Shown here: positions 42,685-51,978 of the stretch, one piece after another | Layout: each line of letters begins with the position of its first letter | How positions within the stretch are numbered: position 1 is the first letter of the stretch | Assembly (NCBI GenBank): GCA_963762145.1 | Contig: CAVXJS010000015.1 | Location: 64,001-128,000, forward strand | DNA: 64,000 bases | Direction: 5' to 3' | DNA from: an uncultured Candidatus Rokubacteria bacterium | Lineage (GTDB): Bacteria; Methylomirabilota; Methylomirabilia; Rokubacteriales; CSP1-6 | The notes under the pieces: model-generated | Seen by the model: only the letters and a program-made list of their open reading frames with translations | What the model was told of the DNA's origin: nothing | The model's database searches: none | Translations under genes and position numbers: made by a program

Positions 42685-43876
42685 TCAGCCCTCGAGCGTG
42701 CGAACGGCGGCGGCCATCCGTCGTAGCCCTTCGTTGATGGTGTCGAGCCCGGTCGCGTACGAGAGGCGGATGTGGGCGTCGGAGCCGAAGTCCACCCCGG
42801 CCACGGTGGCGATGCGCGCCTCGTCCAGCAGGAACGCGCACACGTCGGCGGAGCCGCGCAGCACGCCGGCCTTCGCGCGCTTGCCGAAGAGCCCGGAGAC
42901 GTTGGGGAACGCGTAGAACGCGCCCTTCGGCATCACGCAGGTCACGCCCGGGATCGCGTTGAGCGCCTCGATGATCACGCGGCGGCGCCGATCGAACTCG
43001 CCCGCCATCTTGGCCACCTCGTCCTGCGGGCCGGCGAGCGCCTCCACCGCGGCCCACTGGGCGACCGACGTGGGATTGGAGGTGACCTGGCTCTGCACGT
43101 CGGTCATCGCCTTGATGACGGGCCTGGGGCCGGCCGCGTACCCGATGCGCCACCCGGTCATCGCGTAGGCCTTCGAGCACGTGTTGACCACGATGGTCCG
43201 CGCCTTCACCTCGGCGGACAGCGACGCGATGGACACGTGCCGCCCCTCGTAGGTGAGCGACTCGTAGCACTCGTCCGAGACGATCCACAGATCGCGCTCC
43301 ACCGCGAGCTTCGCCACCTCGGCCAGCGCGTCCGGGGAGAACACCGCGCCGGTCGGGTTGCCCGGGCTGTCGAGCACGACCAGCTTCGTTCGCGGCGTCA
43401 CCGCCCGGTGAAGCGCAGCCGGGTCGAGATCGAAGCCGGTGGCCTCCTGCGGTGACCACCGGGACCGGCACTCCGCCCAGCAGGCGCACCTGCTCCGGGT
43501 ACGAGACCCAGTACGGGCTCGGGATCAGCACCTCGTCGCCCGGATTGATGAGCGCCATCACGATGTTGTAGAGCGTGTGCTTGGCGCCGCAGGAGGCCGT
43601 CACCTCGTCCGGCGCGTACTCGAGGCCGTGGTCGCGCTTGAACTTCTGGCAGATCGCAGCGCGCAGCTCGGGAATGCCCCCGACCTCGGTGTACTTGGTC
43701 TGCCCCTTCTCGATCGCGCGGACCGCGGCGTCCTTGATGCGGGAGGGCGTGTCAAAGTCGGGCTCGCCCGCCCCGAAGGAGATCACGTCGATGCCCTGCG
43801 CGCGCATCGCCTTCGCCTTGGCCTGCATGGCGAGGGTCGGCGAGGGGGCCAGCGTCTTCATCCGGTCTGCCAGCAT
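42685..43876 (-). CDS. PLP-dependent aspartate aminotransferase (class I); frameshift near 43430
   Basis: GAGEPDFDTP, PYWVSYP, SPGNPTG, SDECY and SKAYAMTGWRIGY. Confidence 0.9.
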
Positions 43877-43892
43877 GGGCTCCTGCCTTTGA

Positions 43893-44388
43893 CTATCTGG
43901 GCTTGGAAAACTTCTGGGCCAGGCGCTCTTCCACCGGCGGCGGGACCATGCCGGTGATCGGGCGCGCCCAGCGAGGCGACTTCCTTGATGAGGCGCGAGG
44001 CGATGTAGGTGTAGCGCTCGTGCGGCATCATGAACACGGTCTCCACCGTGTGGCGGAGCTTGCGGTTCATCAGCGCCATCTGGAACTCGTACTCGAAGTC
44101 GGAGACGGCCCGGAGGCCGCGCACGATGCAGTCCGCGCCCTCGCGCTCCACCAGGTCGATCAGCAGGCCATCGAACGACGTGATGCGCATCCGGCCCATC
44201 CCGATGCCGGCGGTGCACTCGTCGATCAGCTCGAGACGCTCCTTGACCGTGAAGAGCGGCTCCTTGGAGGGGTTCGCGACGACCGCCACGATCAGCTCGT
44301 CGAAGATGCGCAGGCTGCGCTCGATCAGATCCAGATGCCCGTTGTGCATCGGATCGAACATCCCGGGATACACCGCCCGCTTGCCCAC
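43893..44388 (-). CDS. coaD: Pantetheine-phosphate adenylyltransferase; 3' frameshift
   Basis: YPGMFDPMHNGHLD and RGLRAVSDFEYEFQMALMN. Confidence 0.93.
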
Positions 44389-44433
44389 GCTCGCCCCCGT
44401 GCGTTCCGTCTGGAAACTGCCCGAAAACGTTGC

Positions 44434-44991
44434 TCAGTCTACGCGTCGGCGAAAGAAAGTCAAGGTCGTCTCCCCGAAGCGACGCGCCTTCCAGAGCGTG
44501 AGCGCGCCCGGAGCCGCGGCGGGCGGCGTCTTGGTACCGTGCTGGATCACCACCACCGCGTCCGCCACCAGCACGTGGCCGGCCGCCACCGCGTCGAGCG
44601 CGGCGGACGCGCGCGGCGAGTCGTACGGCGGGTCGAGGAAGACGACGCCGAAGCGCTCGCCCGCCGCTTCGAGCTCGCCGACCGCGCGCGCGGCGTCGCT
44701 CCGCATCACGCGCGCCTGATCCGCTATGCCCAGGCGCTCGACGTTGTCGCGCAGCGCGCGCAGGGCGGCGCCGTCCTGCTCCACGAACACCACCGACGGG
44801 GCCCCGCGGGAGAGCGCCTCGATGCCGACGCCGCCCGCGCCCGCGAAGAGATCGAGAAACGGGCCCGCGTCGAGGTACGGCATCAGGGTGTCGAGGCAGG
44901 CGATGCGCACCTGATCCGCGGTCGGCCGCGTGGTCCGTCCGCGCGGCGTGGTCAGCCGCTGGCCCTTCAGCGCCCCCGCCAGCACCCTCAC
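44434..44991 (-). CDS. rsmD: 16S rRNA m2G966 methyltransferase
   Basis: TRPTADQVR, LDLFAGAG and FLDPPY. Confidence 0.92.
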   Translation of the reverse strand: MRVLAGALKGQRLTTPRGRTTRPTADQVRIACLDTLMPYLDAGPFLDLFAGAGGVGIEALSRGAPSVVFVEQDGAALRALRDNVERLGIADQARVMRSDAARAVGELEAAGERFGVVFLDPPYDSPRASAALDAVAAGHVLVADAVVVIQHGTKTPPAAAPGALTLWKARRFGETTLTFFRRRVD

Positions 44992-44995
44992 GGAA

Positions 44996-45062
44996 CCCTC
45001 TCCCCTCTGGGGAGAGGGCAGGGTGAGGGGGTGAGTGATGAGGGGGTGAGTGGTGAGGGGGT
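44996..45062 (+). repeat. REP-like palindrome, copy 2, with 15-bp tandem tail
   Basis: CCCTCTCCCC-tct-GGGGAGAGGG-CAGGGTGAGGGG, then about 2.6 copies of TGAGGGGGTGAGTG(A/G). Confidence 0.75.
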
Positions 45063-45064
45063 CC

Positions 45065-45508
45065 TCACGGCGTCGTCTCCGACGCCCCCACGCGGCGCCC
45101 GTCGACTCTCCACTGCTCCCCCTCGCGCAGCACCGCGTACTCGACGCGGTCGGGCACCCCGTCCCTCTCCGCGGCCCGGGTGGCCTCGACCAGGAACACC
45201 ACGCGCGAGGGGCTGCGCCGGATCTGCTGCACGCGGAAGTCGGCGTAGCGCGGCTCGCTCGCCGCCCGCGACTCCGCGTACTCGGCGTCGGTGCCCCGCC
45301 CCTGCCGCGTCCACTCGGCCTGCACGCGCTTCGATAGGCGCGGCCAGCACGGCGCGAAGCGCCGCGTGCGCTCGCATGCGAAGTAGTCCTCGAGCGTCTG
45401 GCGGGCGCGGGCCAGCTCCACGCTGTTCTGGCCCGCCGCCGGCGCCGGCGCGCCCAGCGCGCCCAGCGCGAGCGCGCCCACCAGGGCCCACCGCGCGCGG
45501 ACGCGCAT
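45065..45508 (-). CDS. Hypothetical secreted protein (possibly NTF2-like)
   Basis: ATG overlaps the recG stop; signal peptide; ends with REGEQWRVDG. Confidence 0.6.
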   Translation of the reverse strand: MRVRARWALVGALALGALGAPAPAAGQNSVELARARQTLEDYFACERTRRFAPCWPRLSKRVQAEWTRQGRGTDAEYAESRAASEPRYADFRVQQIRRSPSRVVFLVEATRAAERDGVPDRVEYAVLREGEQWRVDGRRVGASETTP

Positions 45509-47655
45509 CAGCCCACCCCGGCCAGGTCCAGCTTGCCGCGCCATCGCTGGAGCAGCGCGGCCCGCAGGGCCCGGTGGGGCGGCAGCGACGAGATTGGGGT
45601 CCTCGCGGATCAGCGCGACCGCGTCGCGCCGCGCGGCCTCGAGCGCGGCCGCGTCGCGGAGCAGGTCGGCGACGCGGAACTCGGGCAGGCCAGACTGGCG
45701 CGTGCCGAAGAAGTCGCCGGGGCCCCGCAGCGACAGATCGGCCTCCGCGATCTTGAAGCCGTCGTTGGTGGCGGTCATCGCCTCGAGGCGCCGCTTGGCG
45801 TCGTCGGACGAGGCGCCGGAGAGCAGGATGCAGTAGCTCTTCCACGGGCCGCGGCCGACGCGCCCGCGAAGCTGGTGGAGCTGGGAGAGGCCGAACCGCT
45901 CCGCGTGCTCGACGAGCATCACCGAAGCGTTCGGCACGTCGATCCCGACCTCGATGACGGTGGTCGACACCAGGACGTGGATGGCGCCCGCCTTGAACTC
46001 CCGCATCACGCGATCCTTCTCGGCGAAGGGCATGCGCCCGTGCAGCAGACCGATGGTGAGATCGGTGAAGACCTCGCCCTGCAGGCGCTCGGCCATCTCG
46101 GTCGCCGCCTGCAGATCGAGGGCCTCGGACTCCTCCACCAGCGGGCAGACCACGTAGACCTGGCGGCCGTCGCTCACCTGCTCGCGCAGGAAGCGGTAGA
46201 TCTTCCCGCGCGCCGAGCCGGGGCGCGACCGGGTGAGCACCGGCTTGCGCCCGGGCGGGAGCTGGTCGATCACCGAGACCTCGAGGTCGCCGTAGAGCGT
46301 GAGGGCGAGCGTGCGCGGGATCGGGGTGGCGGTCATCACCAGCACGTCCGGGCTCTCGCCCTTGCGCTTGAGCGTCGCGCGCTGGTGCACGCCGAACCGG
46401 TGCTGCTCGTCGACCACGGCCAGACCGAGGCGCCGGAAGCTCACCGCCTCCTGGACGAGCGCGTGCGTGCCGATCACGCAGCGGATCTCGCCCGCCGCGG
46501 CGGCCGCGAGCACCCGCTCGCGCGCCTTGCCCTTGACCGCGTTGGTCAGGAGCCCGACCTCCACGTCGAGAGGCCCGAGGAGCTGGGTCAGGGTCATGAA
46601 GTGCTGCTCGGCCAGGATCTCGGTCGGCGCCATCAGGGCCGCCTGGTAGCCGGCCTCGACCGCGGTGAGGATCGCGAGGGCCGCCACCATCGTCTTGCCC
46701 GACCCCACGTCGCCCTGGAGCAGCCGGTTCATCGGATAGGGCTCCGCCATGTCCTGGCGGATCTCGCGCCACACGCGCTCCTGCGCTTCCGTCAGCGCGA
46801 ACGGCAGCGAGCCGAGGAGGCGCCGGGCGAGCGCGCCGGGCGGGTTCATCGCGAGGCCGGGCTGACGGCCCTGCCGCTGCCGGCGGATCGCCAAGCCCAG
46901 CTGGAGCAGCAGGAACTCGTCGTAGACGAGGCGGCGCCGGGCCCCCGCGTAGTCGGTGTCCGCCTTCGGGAAGTGGCCGGCGCGCAGCGCCTCAGCGAGC
47001 GGCACGAGGCGGTGCTTCGCCCGCAGCGCGTCGGGCAGTGGATCTTCCAGGCCGTCCACGTAGCCGTCCACCAGCCGCTTCATCAGCCGGCGCATCGGCC
47101 GTGCGGTGAGGCCGCGCGTCAGCCCGTACACCGGCACCAGGCGGCCGGTGTGGAGCGTGTCGTCCGACGGCTCCCCTGCGCCCTCCGCGGGGTCGTCCTC
47201 GACGACCTCGTAGTCCTTCACGTTCATCTGAAGCGGCCCCGAGCGGTAGCGCTGCGCCTTGCCGTGGACGATGAGGCGCTGGCCGCGCTGGAAGAGGCGC
47301 TCGAGGTACGCCTGGCCGAACCACACGCAGGTGAGGAAGCCGGTGCCGTCGCTCAGCAGCACCGACAGCGGCACCCGTGGCCGGTTCCGGGGGGCGGGCT
47401 GATCGCCCGGATGGTCCCCGTCACCGTGGTCACGTCATCGGGCTTGAGGCTCCGGAGCGGGGTGAGCTGGCTCCGGTCCTCGTGCCGGAGTGGGAGGTAG
47501 TAGAGCGCGTCCTCCACGGTGTCGAGGCCCAGATTGGCGAGGAGCTTGGCCCGCTGGGGCCCGACGCCCTTGAGGAACTGGAGCGCCGTGGCGAGGGGAT
47601 GGGTCGCGGACGCTCCCGCGCTGCGCGGGGCGCCGGCCGGCTTACTCGGGGCCAA
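45508..47655 (-). CDS. recG: ATP-dependent DNA helicase RecG; frameshifts near 47380 and 45590
   Basis: LKGVGP, QGDVGSGKT, DEQHRFG, MTATPIPRT, QLRGRVGRG and RGPGDFFGTRQSG. Confidence 0.95.
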
Positions 47656-47744
47656 CGGTTTGCCTCATGCCAGCCCTCATGCTATAAAAGGTGGCCGCAT
47701 CCAGCAAACCACACTCAGACCCAGGGATCGGCAGGGGATCAAGC

Positions 47745-47936
47745 ATGGCTCGAATCTGTGATGTCTGCGGGAAGGGTCCGGCCGTCGGCCACAAGATCAG
47801 CCACGCCCACAACGTGACCAAGCGGCGGTGGCTTCCGAATCTGGTCTCGCTGCGCGCCATGGTCAAGGGCCGGCCGCAGCGGATGCGTGTCTGCACGCGC
47901 TGCCTGAAGGCCGGCAAGGTCGTCAAGGTCGTCTAG
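47745..47936 (+). CDS. rpmB: 50S ribosomal protein L28 (Zn-binding form)
   Basis: [12 protein letters not shown]...[15 protein letters not shown]...VCTRCLK. Confidence 0.96.
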   Translation: MARICDVCGKGPAVGHKISHAHNVTKRRWLPNLVSLRAMVKGRPQRMRVCTRCLKAGKVVKVV

Positions 47937-47943
47937 CTCGGTA

Positions 47944-47978
47944 GAAAAAGAGGGCGGGGGGTGTCACCACCCCCCGCC
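47944..47978 (-). terminator. Intrinsic terminator of the minus-strand AbiEi-like/micropeptide unit
   Basis: 11-bp stem GGCGGGGGGTG / CACCCCCCGCC with a GUGA loop, followed by CTCTTTTT on the minus strand. Confidence 0.8.
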
Positions 47979-48051
47979 GTACTCTGCAGCGTAGCTTCTG
48001 AATGAGTCCCGGTGGGAGGCCGCCACCCCCCACCGCACGACTACCGCACAC

Positions 48052-48093
48052 TTACTTCTTCTTCTTCTTGGCCGCCTTCTTCTTCTTCGCCAT
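48052..48093 (-). CDS. Lys-rich micropeptide MAKKKKAAKKKKK (13 aa)
   Basis: SD AAAGGAGGTGA 8 nt upstream of ATG; all Lys codons are AAG; TAA stop. Confidence 0.7.
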   Translation of the reverse strand: MAKKKKAAKKKKK

Positions 48094-48137
48094 GAGGGTC
48101 GTCACCTCCTTTCATTGAGAAATAACCTCACGCTTCG

Positions 48138-48209
48138 CTACTTCCTCTTACCCTTCTTGGTGGCCTTCTTCTTGCCACCCTTCTTGACCGCCTTCTTGCG
48201 CTTCGGCAT
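48138..48209 (-). CDS. Lys-rich micropeptide MPKRKKAVKKGGKKKATKKGKRK (23 aa)
   Basis: SD GGGAGGTGA 8 nt upstream of ATG; TAG stop; starts 30 nt after the upstream gene's stop. Confidence 0.7.
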   Translation of the reverse strand: MPKRKKAVKKGGKKKATKKGKRK

Positions 48210-48239
48210 GTGAGGTCTCACCTCCCTTCGGTCGTGGAC

Positions 48240-49286
48240 TCAGTAACCCATCGCTTCGCGCCGGAGATGCGCGGCCTGATCCCGGCCGCGGCGCTCGTAG
48301 TGATAGAGGTCCGCGAAGAGCTGGGGCAGGCAGACCACCGGGAGCCCCCCCTTTGCCAGCGGGGCATAGAAGACGCCCTGGTCGTACGGAGAGAGCAGGT
48401 AGACGTTCCCCTCCCCCTCGGCCGGCCGTAGTCCCAGCGCCCGGGCCACCGGCTGCGGGTCGCCCTCCAGATAGCAGTGGATGGCCGGGAAGCGGACGTT
48501 CGGCGCCACAAGCGCGGCGCCCGAATGGAGCGTGAACGCGTACCGGCGGTGCGCCTCGTGGGCCGCCCGGCCCAGCTCCGCCACGAGCCCGCGGGTGATC
48601 CGCTCCGGGGAAAAGTAGGCCTGGACGTCGTTCTGCCGGTACGAGTAGGCCTCCACCCAGGCATCCAGGAGCTCCCCCGGCCGGGTGAGCTGGATACGCT
48701 GCTGGCCGTTCCGCTCGACCCAGGACAGCTCCTCGAGGCGCTTCACCACGTTGTGGGCATGGCCCAGGCTCACGTCGGCGGCCTTGGCCAGCTCCTCGAG
48801 CCGCCAGGCATGCTGGGGGTCTACCAGGATGACCCTGATGACCCTGGTCGCCCGGGGGGCGAACAGCGACTTCAGGGGCCGGTTGGAGGGCCGGAGGTTC
48901 GGCTTGCCCTCCTTCTCGATCAGCACGTTCTCGAAGCTCAGGTAGCAATTGCCGGAAAGGTCCAGGTACCCCAGCCCGCTCCGTTTGAGGAGGGACGCGC
49001 TCTGGGGGCTGATGTACGGGGATACCGCGACCGGGTAGGCCTCCGGCATGTCCTTGCGGATCTCCAAAAGCCTGGTCACGGCCTCCCTGATCTGCCGGGG
49101 TTGGCCGAGAGAACTGACACCAATTGCCAGTGTGTGAGGCCTGTCGCCCATCTTGAATTTCATCAGCAGATCAGCTGTTTGACCGCCTATCTTGACGTCG
49201 GCGGACTGCTCCCACCCACTGGCTTTCGACATCAACTCGCGCACCCGCTGCGCTGCCAGGGTCTTGATATCGTCTGCTTTCGCCAT
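48240..49286 (-). CDS. AbiEi-like (AbiEi_2/DUF2186-type) wHTH protein
   Basis: PYISPQSASLL..GLGYLDLSGNCYL, central HTH RLEELAKAADVSLGHAHNVVKRL, ELLDAW and C-terminal PQLFADL..RGRDQA. Confidence 0.7.
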   Translation of the reverse strand: MAKADDIKTLAAQRVRELMSKASGWEQSADVKIGGQTADLLMKFKMGDRPHTLAIGVSSLGQPRQIREAVTRLLEIRKDMPEAYPVAVSPYISPQSASLLKRSGLGYLDLSGNCYLSFENVLIEKEGKPNLRPSNRPLKSLFAPRATRVIRVILVDPQHAWRLEELAKAADVSLGHAHNVVKRLEELSWVERNGQQRIQLTRPGELLDAWVEAYSYRQNDVQAYFSPERITRGLVAELGRAAHEAHRRYAFTLHSGAALVAPNVRFPAIHCYLEGDPQPVARALGLRPAEGEGNVYLLSPYDQGVFYAPLAKGGLPVVCLPQLFADLYHYERRGRDQAAHLRREAMGY

Positions 49287-49300
49287 TCCTTCTTGTCCAC

Positions 49301-49364
49301 TTTCACTTGTTCCTTCATTTTCAGCGTATGCTGAAACCATATGAACAAATGAAAATCCTGTCAA
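49301..49364 (-). promoter_or_regulatory. Sigma70 promoter with nested dyad operator
   Basis: Minus strand TTGACA(49364-59)-17 bp-TATGGT(49341-36); two concentric inverted repeats. Confidence 0.75.
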
Positions 49365-49380
49365 GCAAAAATCTTCGGGG

Positions 49381-49749
49381 TTACTGGTCCCCAATCCCTT
49401 CCATGGTCTCGTCGTCGAGGCCGAAGTAATGGCCGACCTCGTGGACCACGACGTCACGGACGAGATCAGCCATTTCCTCGGGATCCGCGCAGTCCTCTTC
49501 GATGGGACCCTGGTAGATGTGGATGGTGTCCGGCAGGACATTGCCGTAGGAGGAATCCCGGCGGGTGATGTCGATGCCCCGGTATAGCCCGTAGAGGGTG
49601 TCCGGAGGCTCGATCCCCATCTCGGCGAGCGTCGCGTCGTCGGCCCAGTCCTCGACCACGACGGCAATGTTGGCCAGCTTGTCGCGGAAGGCGCGCGGCA
49701 GCTTGCGGAGGGCCGAGTCGACGAGCGCTTCGAACTGCCGGCGGGTCAT
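49381..49749 (-). CDS. Zincin-like metallopeptidase (DUF1025-like)
   Basis: LYGLYRG, PDTIHIYQGPI and HEVGHYFG. Confidence 0.88.
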   Translation of the reverse strand: MTRRQFEALVDSALRKLPRAFRDKLANIAVVVEDWADDATLAEMGIEPPDTLYGLYRGIDITRRDSSYGNVLPDTIHIYQGPIEEDCADPEEMADLVRDVVVHEVGHYFGLDDETMEGIGDQ

Positions 49750-49788
49750 CAGATGGCTGGCTGGGGACGGCTGGCAACTGCTCGGGGG

Positions 49789-51936
49789 CTAGACCCCTCG
49801 GACCCGCTCGACGTTGGCGATGTCCTTCACCTCGCGGATGGCCTGCATGATGTCCTGGAGCTGGCGCAGGTCGTCCACCTCGACCACGAAGTGGTTGAGG
49901 CCCTTGCGATCCTCGGTGACGGTGATCTCGGCCTTGATGATGTTCCCCTGCCGCGAGGAGATGGCGCTGGTGATCTCCGCCAGCAGGCCCGGGCGGTCCT
50001 GTCCGATGTAGACCGCGATGCGCACCGGCCGCTTGGTCGGCTCGCCCGCCTCCCACTCCACCGCCACCAGCCGCTCCTTCTCGAGCACGTTCTTGACCAC
50101 CGTGAGGCAGTCGCGGGCGTGCACGGTCAGGCCGCGCCCTCGCGTGATGAAGCCCACGATGCCGTCACCGGGCACGGGCGAGCAGCACTTCCCGAAGCGG
50201 ACGAGCAGGTCGTCCACGCCCCGGATCCGGACCGCGGTGCCGTCGGCGCGTCGCGCCGGGCGGGCCGGCTTCGCTTCCGCGGGGGCCTCGCCATCGGCCG
50301 CCGGCGGTGCCACCCGGCCCAGGACCTGCTGGATCGACGTCTTGCCGTAGCCGATCGACGCCAGCAGGTCGTCCACGGTCGGGAACCCCAGCTCGACGGT
50401 GACCTTCTTCATCTCGTCGGAGGCGAGCAGGGTCGACGGAGCCAGCCGGTACTTCCGGGCCTCGCGCTCGAAGAACTCCCGGCCGAGCGCCAGCGAGCGG
50501 GTGCGCTCCTCGATCTTCAGCCACTGGTTGATCTTGGCGCGGGCGCGGTTCGACTTGACGATCTTGAGCCAGTCGCGGCTCGGATGCTGGGTGGGCGACG
50601 TCACGATCTCGACGATGTCGCCCTGGTGGAGCGTGTAGCGAAGCGGGACCAGCTTGCCGTTCACCTTCGCCCCGACGCAGTGATGCCCGACGTCGGTGTG
50701 CACGGTGTAGGCGAAGTCCACCGGGGTGGCGCCGTCGGGAAGGGCCTTCACGTCCCCGCGCGGGGTGAACACGTACACCTCGTCGGGGAACAGGTCGAGG
50801 CGGACGCTGTCGAGGAACTCCTTGGGGTCGCTCGTCTCGTTCTGCGACTCCAGGAGCTGGCGAAGCCAGGTGAACGCGTCGTCGAACTTGTCGCGGTCGC
50901 TCCGCTTCTCCTTGTAGAGCCAGTGGGCCGCGATACCTTCCTCGGCGATCCGGTGCATCTCCCCCGTGCGGATCTGGATCTCGACCGGGTCGCCCTTGGG
51001 CCCGATCACCGTCGTGTGCAGCGACTGGTACATGTTGACCTTGGGCATCGCGATGAAGTCCTTGAAGCGGCCGGGCACCGGCTTCCACAGCGAGTGCACG
51101 ACCCCCAGGGCCCCGTAGCAGTCGCGGACGGTATTGGTCAGCACGCGGACCGCGGTGAGGTCGTAGATCTCGTCGAATTCGCGCCCGCCCTCGTGCATCT
51201 TCTTCCAGATCGAATAGAAGTGCTTCGGCCGGCCCGCGATCTTGGACCCGATCCCCACCTCCCCCAGCTTCTCGTGGAGCAGCGTGATCAGGTGGTTGAT
51301 CTCCGCCTCGCGCTCGAGCCGCCGCTTGGCGACGCGGCGCATCAACTCCTGGTAGTCGTCCGGATGCAGGACCCGGAGGGCCAGGTCCTCGAGCTCCGCC
51401 TTGACCTTGGCCATCCCGAGGCGGTGGGCCAGAGGGGCATAGATGTCGAGGGTCTCCTGAGCGATCTTCCGGGCCTTCTCCGTGGGCAGGTACTGGAGCG
51501 TCCGCATGTTGTGCAACCGGTCGGCCAGCTTGATCATCAGCACGCGGAGGTCCCGTGCCATGGCCACCAGCATCTTGCGGAAGTTCTCGGCCTGGCGCTC
51601 CTCCCGGGAGGAGAAGGCCAGCTTGCCGATCTTCGTCACGCCATCCACCAGCTCGGCGATCTCGGTGCCGAACTCGCGCTGGAGGTCCCCCTTGGTGGCC
51701 TTGGTGTCCTCCAAAACGTCGTGGAGGAGCCCGGCCGTGACCGTGGTCACGTCCATCTTGAAGTTGACGAGGAGGCCGGCAACCTCGAGGGGGTGGGACA
51801 GGTAGGGCTCGCCGGAAGCGCGCTGCTGACCGAGGTGGGAGCGCTCAGAGAATCGGTAGGCGCGCTCCAGGAGATCCAGGTTGGCGGCAGGCTGGTACTT
51901 GGGGATCTCGTCGATCAGCGTCTGCAGTTGGGTCAA
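49789..51936 (-). CDS. relA: Bifunctional (p)ppGpp synthetase/hydrolase (RSH)
   Basis: LLHDVLEDT, KLADRLHNMRT, YQSLHTTV, TGS domain and ACT domain. Confidence 0.95.
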   Translation of the reverse strand: MTQLQTLIDEIPKYQPAANLDLLERAYRFSERSHLGQQRASGEPYLSHPLEVAGLLVNFKMDVTTVTAGLLHDVLEDTKATKGDLQREFGTEIAELVDGVTKIGKLAFSSREERQAENFRKMLVAMARDLRVLMIKLADRLHNMRTLQYLPTEKARKIAQETLDIYAPLAHRLGMAKVKAELEDLALRVLHPDDYQELMRRVAKRRLEREAEINHLITLLHEKLGEVGIGSKIAGRPKHFYSIWKKMHEGGREFDEIYDLTAVRVLTNTVRDCYGALGVVHSLWKPVPGRFKDFIAMPKVNMYQSLHTTVIGPKGDPVEIQIRTGEMHRIAEEGIAAHWLYKEKRSDRDKFDDAFTWLRQLLESQNETSDPKEFLDSVRLDLFPDEVYVFTPRGDVKALPDGATPVDFAYTVHTDVGHHCVGAKVNGKLVPLRYTLHQGDIVEIVTSPTQHPSRDWLKIVKSNRARAKINQWLKIEERTRSLALGREFFEREARKYRLAPSTLLASDEMKKVTVELGFPTVDDLLASIGYGKTSIQQVLGRVAPPAADGEAPAEAKPARPARRADGTAVRIRGVDDLLVRFGKCCSPVPGDGIVGFITRGRGLTVHARDCLTVVKNVLEKERLVAVEWEAGEPTKRPVRIAVYIGQDRPGLLAEITSAISSRQGNIIKAEITVTEDRKGLNHFVVEVDDLRQLQDIMQAIREVKDIANVERVRGV

Positions 51937-51978
51937 CCGTTACCCTCCCCAGGTTGACCACTGATTTTGCCACTAAAA

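Noticed and set aside
45065-47374. RecG with a C-terminal extra domain
   Set aside because: A frameshift near 45590 joins recG to the next gene, which has its own signal peptide.
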